From positions 4,992,001 through 5,056,000 of the forward strand of contig OZ242214.1 of assembly GCA_965206595.1 (NCBI GenBank): a DNA stretch of 64,000 nt, read 5' to 3'. This DNA comes from Candidatus Latescibacterota bacterium (GTDB taxonomy: Bacteria > Latescibacterota > UBA2968 > UBA8231). A model generated the notes under the pieces. That model did not search any database and was not told where the DNA came from. It saw nothing but the letters and a program-made list of their open reading frames with translations. Each line of letters opens with the position of its first letter. The first letter of the stretch is position 1. This document shows positions 9,652 through 19,832 of the stretch, one piece after another. The position numbers were made by a program, and so were the translations under genes.

Positions 9652-12345
9652 CTATTCGAGGCCGGCGTAGACGGTGATGAAGCTCTTGGCCAGCGTCGTA
9701 GCGTCGCGCCCCTTGCGGTCGAGGTAGTCGATCTTGATGCCTGCCTGGGTGGTGAGCTTGTATCCCAGGTAGTCCGAGATGTTGGTCAGTTGCAGCGCCG
9801 TGGCGGTGCCGTTCAGGTCCCCGTCCCCTTCGAAATCGTTGAGGAAAGTGTACTCGATACCGCCCTGAACGAAGGTGTGGGTCAGCAGCAAAGCCCCGGC
9901 GATGAGCCCGCCGACCTGCGCCAGCTCCACCCTTTTCTCCCGGTTTGATGTCGCCAGGCCGAGGGTTTGCCTCCGGTATTCGCTCTTCCACCTCGGCTCG
10001 AACCAGACCAGGCCGAGATCGAATCGATAGCTGGCCTTGTTGATCAGGCCGAAGAAGTAATCCTTTTCCCGCAGCCCCAGGAGGTTCAGTTCCACTTCGT
10101 CCTTGCGCTGATTGTAGTAATCCCACTTCAGGTAGTTGCCGGTCGACAATCCACCGATCCGGTAGTCGTGACCCGCCCAGAAACTGTTCGACCAGGTGTC
10201 GGGGGCCACCAGCGGATCGACGATGGAGGTCCCTTCTCCGGTTCGCAGGTTGGCGTTCGGCAGCCACTGCAGCAGGTCGTTGGGTATGTCGTCTTTTATG
10301 GACTTGAGCATGTCGAAGATCCTGATGCGCCCCCAGACGGGGATGTCGCGGTCCAGGGTGAACATCAGGTAGTCGACTTGGTTTTTCTGGTTGGAGGAGA
10401 TCAGGTCTTCACGCAGAACCCCTGCAGTCAAGCGCATATCGGGCGTCAGGTGCGTCCCCGCGTACAGGTTGAACCCTTCGTGATCCTTGCGGTACGGATA
10501 GTCCGGATCTTCGTCGTTTTCAAACCGGTCGACCCACAGGTTGTTGTTGAGATCGATGCCGAAAAGGAACTCCGGACGGTCGACGTTGTGCCGCAGGAAC
10601 GACTCCTCGTAGTCCGGTATCGAGTTGGTGATGACCTCGTTGTCGTTCTGGTTGAAGTCGGAAATGAAGTCGTTGTTTTCGTCCCATCCCGGAAACACCT
10701 CGCGGTCCCCCGAGAGCCAGTCCCTGCGCCGCGTATCGGGATAACGGTCCTGGTCGTCGTTGTCTTCGACCAGCTCCACCGCGTACAGCCGGGTGTCGTC
10801 ATAGTCGATGAAGCCATCCGTGGAGGTGGCGAACGTGCGAGTGTTGTAGCGGGGGTTCATGCTGTAAACCTCCCCGAAAGCGAACCAGGGGTAGTTGCTC
10901 CGCGAGGCGTTGATCATCCACGCCGGCGCCGAACGCGCCCCTTTGAAGCCCGAGGAGGTAGAGTGGTTCTCCCGCGCGATGTTGGGGTATTTGGTGAAGG
11001 AGTAGCTCATGTCGTACTCGGCGTAGATGTCGAAGCCCATCACGTCGGACAGCTCCAGAGTCCCTCCCAGAATCTGCGTCGCCGTCGGCAGTCCGTATTC
11101 GAAGCTGACCACGCGCAGGTTGGTGTTGTCCTGCACGTTGCCCTCGGCCTGGGTTACCGGCAACAGAACCGCGTCGCCCGACTGGCTCACCTGCTGGCTG
11201 GAGGTGATCCAGACCTGGTAGTCGTTTCCGAGAACAAGCCGGAATTCGACCTTTTCGATCTCCTCCTTTGGCGCGCTCGAACGGTTGACGAAATCGGGGT
11301 TGTTGAAGTCGTAGCGCAGGCGGATTTCCTCGGCGCCGTCCGCGGCGAGGTATCCCTCTTCGATGAACCCGCCCTCGACGATCGGCTCAAAGCGGATCTT
11401 CTGACCTTCGTCCCGGAGCTTCCTGCCCTCCGCGTCCCGCCCGGAGTAGGTGATGATGATGTCCGAGCCTGCGGGAAAATAAGCCGCCCCTCCCTTGCCG
11501 TCCTCGGGAGAGTCGTCGCGCAGAACGATCTCGATGAAGCTGACGGTTTTATTCTGAGCGATGGTCAGCTCCCCCGAGAAGGGGTCGCCGCTGAAACCGT
11601 CGAGCAGGGTGTTGGATTGGTGCGAGTTCAGGTAGGTGAAACCGACGGTGGCGAAATCGCCGACCTGCGCCTCCACGCGGCCGCCGAACAGGGAGGTGGC
11701 GTTCGTGGCCAGCCGCTCCAGGTCGGCCGTCGAGGGGCCGCCCGGGGAGCTGACGCGTGAATAGATGACCGTTCCCACGTACTTGTCGGAAGCCCAGTCG
11801 AACTGGACCCCGTCCCACTTGGGTTTTGAGAAGGTCATCGGCGTCAGCGTCGTCCGCAGCTCGTTGCTGATCGTCAGCGCGTACTGGTACTCCCCCTTGG
11901 CATCGGCCGAGATCACCGCCCTGCTGAACCACTGATCGAAGCGGGAAGCCTTGAGAACGGAGCTGCCGAACTGCTGGGGCTGGCTCTGCGAATTGTTGAA
12001 GATGAGCCAGCCGTGCGTTACGAAGTTCCCGTAGAGATCGTAGTAGTAGTCTCCTTCCAGGGCGATGTTGACGTAGCGGGCGAAATGCCTGCGGGCATAG
12101 TTCGAGTACTCCCACTGCCTCCAGGCGTATTCGGCGTAGAGCTCCTGGGGCACGTACCACTTCTTCATCGCTGGATCGAGCGCTCCGAACAGGACCCCTG
12201 GCCCGCGCGGATCGAAGGAGACTTCGCCCCCCCGGCGAACGTTTCCCAGCCGTATCCCGTATTCCTGGGCGGCGGCTGACGAAAATGTCGCTGCCAGCGC
12301 CACGGCGGCGAGGATGGTTGCTGCTGGTCGTCCAATTCTAGTCAC
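9652..12345 (-). CDS. Large hypothetical secreted/outer-membrane protein with Asp/Asn-rich calcium-binding-like loops
   Basis: GTG 12345 after GGGAGGG; signal peptide ending AAA-Q; amphipathic beta-strand-like C-terminal third; EDNDDQDRYPD, WDENNDFISD and DLNNNLWVD motifs. Confidence 0.7.
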   Translation of the reverse strand: MTRIGRPAATILAAVALAATFSSAAAQEYGIRLGNVRRGGEVSFDPRGPGVLFGALDPAMKKWYVPQELYAEYAWRQWEYSNYARRHFARYVNIALEGDYYYDLYGNFVTHGWLIFNNSQSQPQQFGSSVLKASRFDQWFSRAVISADAKGEYQYALTISNELRTTLTPMTFSKPKWDGVQFDWASDKYVGTVIYSRVSSPGGPSTADLERLATNATSLFGGRVEAQVGDFATVGFTYLNSHQSNTLLDGFSGDPFSGELTIAQNKTVSFIEIVLRDDSPEDGKGGAAYFPAGSDIIITYSGRDAEGRKLRDEGQKIRFEPIVEGGFIEEGYLAADGAEEIRLRYDFNNPDFVNRSSAPKEEIEKVEFRLVLGNDYQVWITSSQQVSQSGDAVLLPVTQAEGNVQDNTNLRVVSFEYGLPTATQILGGTLELSDVMGFDIYAEYDMSYSFTKYPNIARENHSTSSGFKGARSAPAWMINASRSNYPWFAFGEVYSMNPRYNTRTFATSTDGFIDYDDTRLYAVELVEDNDDQDRYPDTRRRDWLSGDREVFPGWDENNDFISDFNQNDNEVITNSIPDYEESFLRHNVDRPEFLFGIDLNNNLWVDRFENDEDPDYPYRKDHEGFNLYAGTHLTPDMRLTAGVLREDLISSNQKNQVDYLMFTLDRDIPVWGRIRIFDMLKSIKDDIPNDLLQWLPNANLRTGEGTSIVDPLVAPDTWSNSFWAGHDYRIGGLSTGNYLKWDYYNQRKDEVELNLLGLREKDYFFGLINKASYRFDLGLVWFEPRWKSEYRRQTLGLATSNREKRVELAQVGGLIAGALLLTHTFVQGGIEYTFLNDFEGDGDLNGTATALQLTNISDYLGYKLTTQAGIKIDYLDRKGRDATTLAKSFITVYAGLE

Positions 12346-12371
12346 GACACCCTCCCAGATGTTGAGATCTC

Positions 12372-15300
12372 TCAGTAGGCAACCGAAATGAGGCGGGCTA
12401 CCGCGGCCTCCTCCTGCTCTTCTGAATCGACGTCGAGTTCGATGCGGCAAATGTACATGCCCGGGGGTACGGACTGCCCGGCATTGTCCACCCCGGTCCA
12501 TTGAACCGTGTGCGCTCCCCCCGATACCGCCTGCTTCTGGCTCCAGACGCGCCGTCCGTCGAGAGAGTGGATGCTTACCCCGAGCTCTCTGGTAGTGGTA
12601 ATCTTGAAGACCGAAAGGCCGATCCGGGCTGCGTCGTTGATGCCGTCGCCATTCGGGGTAAACGGATTGGGGCTTATCGAAACGTCGGAGAGCGCCGCCA
12701 GCCTGATGGGCACTCCGATCGACAAGGTGTTGCCGTCCAACGCCGGGGTTGCGTCGCCGGCCTCGATCGTCTGCCACGGGGCGTCCGGATCGGTGCCGCC
12801 ACCGCTGTTGCGGGCGGCAAGCACCAGGGTCGTGCCGTTGCGGTACACCGGGGCCGCGAAAGTAACCCTCATGAGATTGCCCGCGGCGACGACCGATCCC
12901 CGCTCGGTCCGGCTCAGGCTGCGGTACGCCGCCGGAGTCAGGGTGTCGCCCCCGGCCGAGAAGGGGAACTGCGAGCCGTCTCCCTGCAGAATCCGGAAGT
13001 AGCGAACCGGGCCCTGCTCGGAGGGGTCCAGTTCCACGTAGTCGAGGTGATCGACTTCCGTCAACGCGCCATCGGCTTCCATCCGGAAGTACTGCACGGC
13101 ACCTTGCTCTTCGCCGCTCAGCAGGCCATAGGCCGCGGCCGACAACAGGACGCCGTTCTGATCGACCGGCACCTGGTCCCCTTCCGAAGCGATGCGATGG
13201 TAAACCCGTTCGGCATCGTCGCGGCTCGTCTGCAACTCGGGCAACCGCACCCAGATCGAATCGGCGCCGTTGCTCAGCACGTCGAGCTCGGCTCCTGCCT
13301 GATCGGCAAAGGTTCCGCCGGCCGGCCTGAAAGCCTGTTCGGCCGTCCCGTTGGCCGGATCCGCGCCGAGCGCAAGCTCGAGTAGCTCGACACCACCGCC
13401 ACCCAGTTCGAGCAGGATCTCGTCGAACCCCAGACTCCGGGACAGGACCGGGTCCTCGATGAAATTGGGCCGTATGTACACCTCGAAGGTGTCGACCGCT
13501 CCCGGATCGGGAACCTCACTGGGCCAGATTTCCGCAAGGATGCGCTCCCCGACGGGAGCTACCAGCTCTATTTCCAGGGAGCGAATGCTGGCGGCCGCCT
13601 CGCGTTCGTCCGTGATCAGCTTGACCTGGGCCTGGATGTATTTGCGCAAACCTGGAGAGGTCACGCGGTCGCCCGACCCCTGGTAGACGTTGCTCCATGG
13701 ACTCCAGCCGGAAGTCGGCACGAAACTGGTATCCGGGGGAGGCGGCCGGCGCAGACTATTCCAGGCCGTCAGGCTGATCTCCTTGCCGGCGTCGTCGAAG
13801 TAGCGGACCACCTTTCCGAGGAGGTCGCCGCTGCGGGTCCGCACCTTGATGGCGGTGCCCGGGGGGGTGTCCGCATCCCAGAAGATGCGGCCGAGGTTGC
13901 GGGTTCCCGGCAGTGCGAACAGATCCGACTCCAGGGCGACCTCCGCCGGGTAAGCCCGGGTGTAGAGCTGATACTCGACGATGCCCGCGCCTTCGCTGGA
14001 GGTCCGGAAGGCATCCCTTTCACTGACGATGCGCGTCTCCAGAAAGCGAATTCTGGGCGCTTCCGGGTACTCGTCCTTGAGCTGCAGGTATTGCGGAGTC
14101 TGGTTGTTCTCTCGCTCCGGTAAGCTCAGGCGGGCCCACTTCAGCCGCCCGCGCGCGTCCCTGGTGCCGTCCGAGCCGCGGTGGATGTAGCCGTCGAAGA
14201 CCGTGGTGTAGTGGAGAATCCAGACGGCCGAGATGCGCAGCTGATCGAGCCAGAAGGTCGCCCCGAGGTCGGCGACCATGAGACCGCGCCCTGCCAGTGT
14301 GGGGGTCGGCAACTGCTGCGAGAAATAGGTGTTGAAATCCCCGTCGAAGGCGTCGATGGGGGAGCTGACTCCTTCGCCGATGACGTCGAAGTTGCCGCCG
14401 CCCTGCTTTATTCCCGGACCGATGTTGTCCCCCAGGCCCCAGACTTCCACCTCCGCCAGGCGCGGCCGCTCACGCCGGTAGTACTCCCTGCGGCCCTGCC
14501 GCTGGCTGGGCAGTTGTTCGTACTCCTCCCGGCTCACGGGTTCCTCGAACCCCCCCTGATCCCTGACGAAATGGACAATGTCGCCGCGGTCGGCCGGACC
14601 GAGGGCCTGCCATTCGGTCTCGGATGCGAGCCTGGTATGTCGGGAGCCCTTGGTGTCGAAGACGACGATGCGGATGGTCTCGACCATGCGGCCGTCCCAG
14701 CCGGGAGCGGCGTCCTGCGTGTCCTCCATTCCGAAGCTGAAGCTCCGCTGATCTTCGTTGGGGGCGTCGGTGCCGCCAACGACCGCAAGTTCAAGCTCGC
14801 CTGCTTCCTCGAGTATCAGCTCCTGGCCCGGCTCGCTGAGCACCTTGAACTGGCGAAACGGATCTCCGTTCCCGGCATCGACGAACTTCAGCGCGATCTC
14901 GTCCACGAGAACGGTTCGCCCCAGGTCGATCTCGATCCACCAGTTCTCGATGGGATCGTCGGCGTCCGGTTCCCAGAAGGTATCGGGGTCGCCGTCGAAC
15001 AATGCCTCCTGCTCGACGCTGCCGGAGCCGATACGGCTGACCCCCTGGCGGACGAAGTACTCGTAGATGGGAAAGGGATGCTTGTCCTTGGTCGCGAAAT
15101 TCAACCTCGAGGTGCCGCCCGTTTCGGCATTCTTCAAGGTGAGGGCACCTTCCTTGGCCGAGGTCATGGTCGTGTCTCCGACGACGAAGAGCACCCCGTC
15201 GATTACGAGATGGGATTCATTGCCCGGATACTTGAGGAAGTTGGTATCGAGATACTTCTCCATGTTCAGGTCGCTGCGCAGCTTCATTTCGCCGTTGGCG

Positions 15301-15671
15301 TCCAGGGAAAACGTCCGCTGCACGTTGGGAACCGCCGTAAAGGCCCCGACCCCCCCATGGACCCTGAACTTGTCGTCGACGGGCCAGGACAGCTCGTCTA
15401 TGGATCTCCGGTAGGTGCGGAAATCCTCCAGCACGTTGAAGCGCATGCGGAAATAGTGCGGCACGACCGCGTCTCCGACGATGTCGACGGCGTGCGTGGG
15501 AATGGACCAGTGTTCCCAGTGCGAGGCGCTGTTCACGCTGATGCGTTCATTGCTGACCTCCGCTCCCCTGGTCACCACCTGACCCGAGGCGTACTGCACG
15601 CCTGCGAGCACTGCCAGGCTGCAGAGACCCGCGAGGATGGTGCGGGGATGCATTGCGTCATGCCGTTTCAT
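12372..15671 (-). CDS. Large secreted discoidin + FlgD-Ig domain protein (paralog 2)
   Basis: Signal peptide; FDGDPDTFW..WWIEIDLG (F5/8 type C-like); KVRTRSG; PNPFTPNGDGIND...WTGVDNAGQSVPPGMY...SVAY. Confidence 0.8.
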   Translation of the reverse strand: MKRHDAMHPRTILAGLCSLAVLAGVQYASGQVVTRGAEVSNERISVNSASHWEHWSIPTHAVDIVGDAVVPHYFRMRFNVLEDFRTYRRSIDELSWPVDDKFRVHGGVGAFTAVPNVQRTFSLDANGEMKLRSDLNMEKYLDTNFLKYPGNESHLVIDGVLFVVGDTTMTSAKEGALTLKNAETGGTSRLNFATKDKHPFPIYEYFVRQGVSRIGSGSVEQEALFDGDPDTFWEPDADDPIENWWIEIDLGRTVLVDEIALKFVDAGNGDPFRQFKVLSEPGQELILEEAGELELAVVGGTDAPNEDQRSFSFGMEDTQDAAPGWDGRMVETIRIVVFDTKGSRHTRLASETEWQALGPADRGDIVHFVRDQGGFEEPVSREEYEQLPSQRQGRREYYRRERPRLAEVEVWGLGDNIGPGIKQGGGNFDVIGEGVSSPIDAFDGDFNTYFSQQLPTPTLAGRGLMVADLGATFWLDQLRISAVWILHYTTVFDGYIHRGSDGTRDARGRLKWARLSLPERENNQTPQYLQLKDEYPEAPRIRFLETRIVSERDAFRTSSEGAGIVEYQLYTRAYPAEVALESDLFALPGTRNLGRIFWDADTPPGTAIKVRTRSGDLLGKVVRYFDDAGKEISLTAWNSLRRPPPPDTSFVPTSGWSPWSNVYQGSGDRVTSPGLRKYIQAQVKLITDEREAAASIRSLEIELVAPVGERILAEIWPSEVPDPGAVDTFEVYIRPNFIEDPVLSRSLGFDEILLELGGGGVELLELALGADPANGTAEQAFRPAGGTFADQAGAELDVLSNGADSIWVRLPELQTSRDDAERVYHRIASEGDQVPVDQNGVLLSAAAYGLLSGEEQGAVQYFRMEADGALTEVDHLDYVELDPSEQGPVRYFRILQGDGSQFPFSAGGDTLTPAAYRSLSRTERGSVVAAGNLMRVTFAAPVYRNGTTLVLAARNSGGGTDPDAPWQTIEAGDATPALDGNTLSIGVPIRLAALSDVSISPNPFTPNGDGINDAARIGLSVFKITTTRELGVSIHSLDGRRVWSQKQAVSGGAHTVQWTGVDNAGQSVPPGMYICRIELDVDSEEQEEAAVARLISVAY

Positions 15672-15692
15672 GAGTATCCCTCAACTGGTGCC

Positions 15693-17378
15693 TCAACCCG
15701 CCATGAGGCTGTCGGGAAGGGCATCCCTGAGATTCCGTTCGTGGACGACGACCTCGGCATTGTATTTTTCGCGCAGTTTGTCGAGGAGCTTGACGAGCTC
15801 CTTGGCCTCACGCTCCCGCATCAGCAGCTGGCGGGCTTTGTTCCGCGCCCGCACGAACGGCATAACCCGTTGCGGTTCCCGCTCGGTAACACGGAACATG
15901 GAGTAGCCTTCCTCCACCTGCACCGGTCCCGTCCACTCCCCTTCGGACGCCTTGTCCACGGCCGCCATGAGGAGGGGGTAAACCAGCGCGTCCCGGGGAT
16001 GGAAGTGATACCTGCCTTCGTTTTCCACGGCGTTGGATCTCATGCTGCGGGAAACCAGGTTTGAAAAAGGCTCCCCGTCCAGCAGTCGTTGCCTGCTCTC
16101 GGAGGCCTCCGCAATAGTTGGCAACAGGAGCTCTTCGACCGCGGTGGAGGGCTCGATGCGGAACATCCCGGGGTGGGCATCATAGTAGGCGAGAATGTCG
16201 GCCTCGGGTAGCTCAATCCCGGCCATGTGGAGGGCCCGGAGGCGATCCGCGAGAACGTTGATGCGGACGCGTTCCCGGTACTCGGCGATGTCCGCCCTGT
16301 CGTAGTAACCGCCCTTGCGGGCCGCACGGCGAATCAGGTAGGGGCGCAGAACTGCGCCGTTGAACGTCGCCGCGGCGTCGGCACTGTCTGCGAAGACACG
16401 GCGAAGATTGAGGGCGCGCAGCGCTTCGTTCGCCTGGGCAACGCTGATTTTCCCTTCGTCATGCAGGTACAAAGCAGTCGTGCTGGCAGGCAGACCTTCG
16501 GTCTGACGAAGGCGGTAGGCCCCGATCAGCTCCCCGAGACCGGCTGAGTTCAGACGGACCCCGAAGGATTCCTGCAGGCGTTCCAAGTGTTGCCGTTCGG
16601 TCCGCATGCGGCGCTCCTTTTGCAGGAAAGTCTCTATAAAAACCCGGTGCTTGGCGAAGGGAACGCTGCGCTCGTCGGTGAAGCGGAAGACCTGCCAGGC
16701 ACCCTTTCCGGCGGGGATCGGTGGCGATACCTGCTCCGCGGGAAGGCTGCGGAACAGGTCGGGAGGGATGTGAAGCCTGGCGATCGTCCTGGGACCGACG
16801 TAGCCCAGCTCGCCCCCCTGCGCTGCCGAACGCGAGTCGAGTGAGTGCTGACCCGCCACCTCCTCGAAGGAGCGACCCCCTGCCAGCGCGGCCAGGACGC
16901 TGGCAATGGCGGCCCGACCGGAAACCAGGACAGCGCTGCACAGCCGTTCGCGGCCGAAGCCCTCCTGCTCGAAGTACGCTTTCGCCTCCGCCTCGGTGAC
17001 CGCGGCTCCGGGGGGTATCTCCAGCCTGAGGTATAATTGGCGGGCTTCTTTGTCGACCGCTTCGCGAATCTTCGCCTGCACGTCCTCATTTGATTCCAGG
17101 TCCTGATTTTCTGCTTCCAGCAGCATCAGGCGCCCGTCCACCATCACCTGCAGGTAGTGCAGTCGCGCCTCGTCACCGGTGGCATCGGTCCGCTGCCCCG
17201 GCAGCAGGTCCGCCACCAGGCTTCGCAGCGCACCGGCCTCGATGCGGTATCTCCCGACCTCTGCGACGACGTCGTTGTCCGGGTGCCCGCAGGACACCAC
17301 CAGCAACCAGAGACAAAACGGGATTCCGTTCAGTAATTTGCGAAAAAAGAGGCTGAGGTCCCGCAAGGGCGCTGTCAT
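15693..17378 (-). CDS. Parvulin-type (PpiC/SurA/PrsA-like) peptidyl-prolyl isomerase lipoprotein with two rotamase domains
   Basis: Lipobox LLVVSC; FEEVAGQHSLDSRSAAQGGELG motif; second domain GEPFSNLV...GEWTGPVQVEEGY; start ATG 17378 inferred. Confidence 0.8.
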   Translation of the reverse strand: MTAPLRDLSLFFRKLLNGIPFCLWLLVVSCGHPDNDVVAEVGRYRIEAGALRSLVADLLPGQRTDATGDEARLHYLQVMVDGRLMLLEAENQDLESNEDVQAKIREAVDKEARQLYLRLEIPPGAAVTEAEAKAYFEQEGFGRERLCSAVLVSGRAAIASVLAALAGGRSFEEVAGQHSLDSRSAAQGGELGYVGPRTIARLHIPPDLFRSLPAEQVSPPIPAGKGAWQVFRFTDERSVPFAKHRVFIETFLQKERRMRTERQHLERLQESFGVRLNSAGLGELIGAYRLRQTEGLPASTTALYLHDEGKISVAQANEALRALNLRRVFADSADAAATFNGAVLRPYLIRRAARKGGYYDRADIAEYRERVRINVLADRLRALHMAGIELPEADILAYYDAHPGMFRIEPSTAVEELLLPTIAEASESRQRLLDGEPFSNLVSRSMRSNAVENEGRYHFHPRDALVYPLLMAAVDKASEGEWTGPVQVEEGYSMFRVTEREPQRVMPFVRARNKARQLLMREREAKELVKLLDKLREKYNAEVVVHERNLRDALPDSLMAG

Positions 17379-17631
17379 GTCATTGCTTTCGGCTTCCACG
17401 GCCCTGAAGATATCCATACCCAACCGCATGCTCAATGATCTCGCCAATTGCCGGGAAGTTTGAGCCCGGACCATCCACAGGCTCAAACCGGACGCGGTTG
17501 TCAACTAGAAAAACGGGATTGTTCCCTACGGAATATTGAGTTTCATTTCTATTTTTATGGAACTCGACCTGTCCCCTCTATCGGGAAGGCAGAAGACCCG
17601 TCGCCGGGCAGGAGCCCGAGGAGGGCCGAAA

Positions 17632-19761
17632 GTGAAAAACCTGTTCTCGTCCATCGAAAACCTGACGGTCGCCGCAATTGTAGTCTGGGGTGCCGCCGAT
17701 GCCATGGCCCGCACCGAATACCGCCTCGGCGGGGAGGACGGCAATCCCTGGGAAGCGGCGACGAGGCCCTCAGGGGCCGGGGAGTACTTCATTCTCGGCA
17801 GCGAGGGTGACATCGGGCGCCGGGTGACGGTCGGGATAACCGCGTTCGGCGAGGCCGAAAGCAACGGAATCGATATTCGGGCCAACTCCCTCGAGCCCTG
17901 GTTCTTCGACGGCAGCGTCAATGTTGCGGTCACCGACCCGAACACGGGGGTGACGGATGTACCCCTGCCCCTGGTCGGGGGCCGGGTGCAGGTGGCCACC
18001 GGCTGCGTGCATGCGAACACCATTCAGAACTACAAACCGTCTTTCGACGGGGATCCCAGGACCGCCGCCTTCTTCAAGATTACCTATAATGCAAGATTCA
18101 ATAGCGGAACCGGCTACAAGGGGATCGCCATCGTCGATCTGGGCGTCCCCATCCCGCTCTCGCGGATCCGTTTCTATCCCCGCCTCGGGCAGCGCGACGA
18201 CGCGCGCCTGATCGAATCGTTCGCCGATCCCGCCATCCCGCTCGAGTCCTTCAGCCAGGACAGCTATGCGGAGAACTTCCTCAACGGATTCACCATCCGC
18301 GTCGCCGACAATACGGCAGGCGTCAACGTCAAGGGACCGTGCGACCGCAATCCCCACGGGACCCACTCCGTGCACCCGAACTGGCCCTCGCGCGGAGACA
18401 AACGGTTCGACGTCCTCTACAGCACCGAGGAGAACATCGACACGGTCGTGGACCTGTGGTTTCCCACCCGCTCGGTGCGCTGGCTCCTGTTCGAACCGGA
18501 CCCAACGCACAGCTGGGAGGTGGCGGAGCTGGAGATCTATCCGGAGGGGTACGTTCGCGAGATCGGCATCGTCTCGCAGATCATGGACTTCGGCAAACCG
18601 GTCAACTGGGGCAGGATCCGCTGGAGCGGCGACTTCCCCGAAGGCACGAGGGTGGAGGTGCGCACCCGCACCGGCAACACCCCCGATCCCAACCTGTACT
18701 TCGAGATGGACCCCAACGGCAACGTCGTTCCCACCACCAAAGAGTTGTACGACGACATCAACTTCCTCGAGCAGGTGCCCATCGAGTACGACACGGAAAA
18801 CTGGACCTTCTGGTCTCCGGTCTACGACTTCGAGGGCGGAAGGCGCGATCCCTCGCTGGCAGCCGAAAGCTGGGAGGACGGCCTGCCCATCGTTTCCGAG
18901 GGACTCGGGCGCTACCTGCAGCTCGACATTCGCATGTTCGGCACCTTCGAGATCGCCCCGCGTCTCGACCAGATCGCCATCCTGTTCAGCGAGACTCCTG
19001 TCGCACAAGAGGTGGTGGGTGAAATCTGGCCTGCTGAAGTCTCCACGTTCGACCCCGAAACCTTTACCTACGTCATCAAGCCGCGATTCGACGAGGAGGA
19101 CCGCGGCTTCGACCGCCTTGAAGTCACCACTCACTCCCGGGCGGAGCAGGTGCGGTCCGTCACCATCGACGGCGTCTTCGAAGTCGATTTGAACGAATTC
19201 CCCCCCCTCATCGAAGACGACCGCCTCATCATAGCCTTCCCCTTCAGGGTGGCCGATCCCGACAGCAGCTTCAAGCAGATCGAGGTCGTTTTCGACGCCC
19301 CCGTGCTGCGCTTCGGAACCCAGTTTACCGGCTGGGTCTACGACAGCTCCGACCCAGACCTCATCAAGCAGCGCATCAAGGCGGGCAACGCGACCTTCCG
19401 GTTCTCCGGCGACGACCTGTCGGTGCGCTCGCCGATCGGCGGCCACCTGCTCGCCGACGTGACGGTCGGCCCCAACCCCTTCACCCCCAACGGCGACGGC
19501 GTCAACGACCGGGTTTCCGTGGCCTACAAGCTGCGGGAGGTGACCGACCCAAGAGAGGTCGTGCTGGAAATTTTCGACCTTTCCGGCCGACCGGTCGCTA
19601 CCCTGAGCTCCGGCCCGTCCACCAGCGGAGCCTACCGTCAGACTTGGGACGGCCGCACGGCCGACGGCGCGCTGGCGCCTCCCGGCACCTACCTGTACCG
19701 GCTCAAACTCGAGGCCGAAAAGGTCGACGAGATCATCGGCCTGCTCGCCCTGGCCTACTGA
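17632..19761 (+). CDS. Large secreted FlgD-Ig domain protein (paralog 3)
   Basis: GTG 17632 with GAGGAGG RBS; FDGDPRT; DLGVPIPLSRIRFYPR; EVRTRTG; PNPFTPNGDGVND...WDGRTADGALAPPGTY...ALAY. Confidence 0.8.
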   Translation: MKNLFSSIENLTVAAIVVWGAADAMARTEYRLGGEDGNPWEAATRPSGAGEYFILGSEGDIGRRVTVGITAFGEAESNGIDIRANSLEPWFFDGSVNVAVTDPNTGVTDVPLPLVGGRVQVATGCVHANTIQNYKPSFDGDPRTAAFFKITYNARFNSGTGYKGIAIVDLGVPIPLSRIRFYPRLGQRDDARLIESFADPAIPLESFSQDSYAENFLNGFTIRVADNTAGVNVKGPCDRNPHGTHSVHPNWPSRGDKRFDVLYSTEENIDTVVDLWFPTRSVRWLLFEPDPTHSWEVAELEIYPEGYVREIGIVSQIMDFGKPVNWGRIRWSGDFPEGTRVEVRTRTGNTPDPNLYFEMDPNGNVVPTTKELYDDINFLEQVPIEYDTENWTFWSPVYDFEGGRRDPSLAAESWEDGLPIVSEGLGRYLQLDIRMFGTFEIAPRLDQIAILFSETPVAQEVVGEIWPAEVSTFDPETFTYVIKPRFDEEDRGFDRLEVTTHSRAEQVRSVTIDGVFEVDLNEFPPLIEDDRLIIAFPFRVADPDSSFKQIEVVFDAPVLRFGTQFTGWVYDSSDPDLIKQRIKAGNATFRFSGDDLSVRSPIGGHLLADVTVGPNPFTPNGDGVNDRVSVAYKLREVTDPREVVLEIFDLSGRPVATLSSGPSTSGAYRQTWDGRTADGALAPPGTYLYRLKLEAEKVDEIIGLLALAY

Positions 19762-19832
19762 ATCCGTCGAAGCGCCGCTGGGGCAGGTGCCCTGCGGCCT
19801 TCTCGAAAATTGGACAACCGCGGGCCTTCGGC

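Noticed and set aside
17499-17504. TTGACA on the minus strand upstream of the parvulin gene
   Set aside because: No plausible -10 element at 16-19 nt spacing
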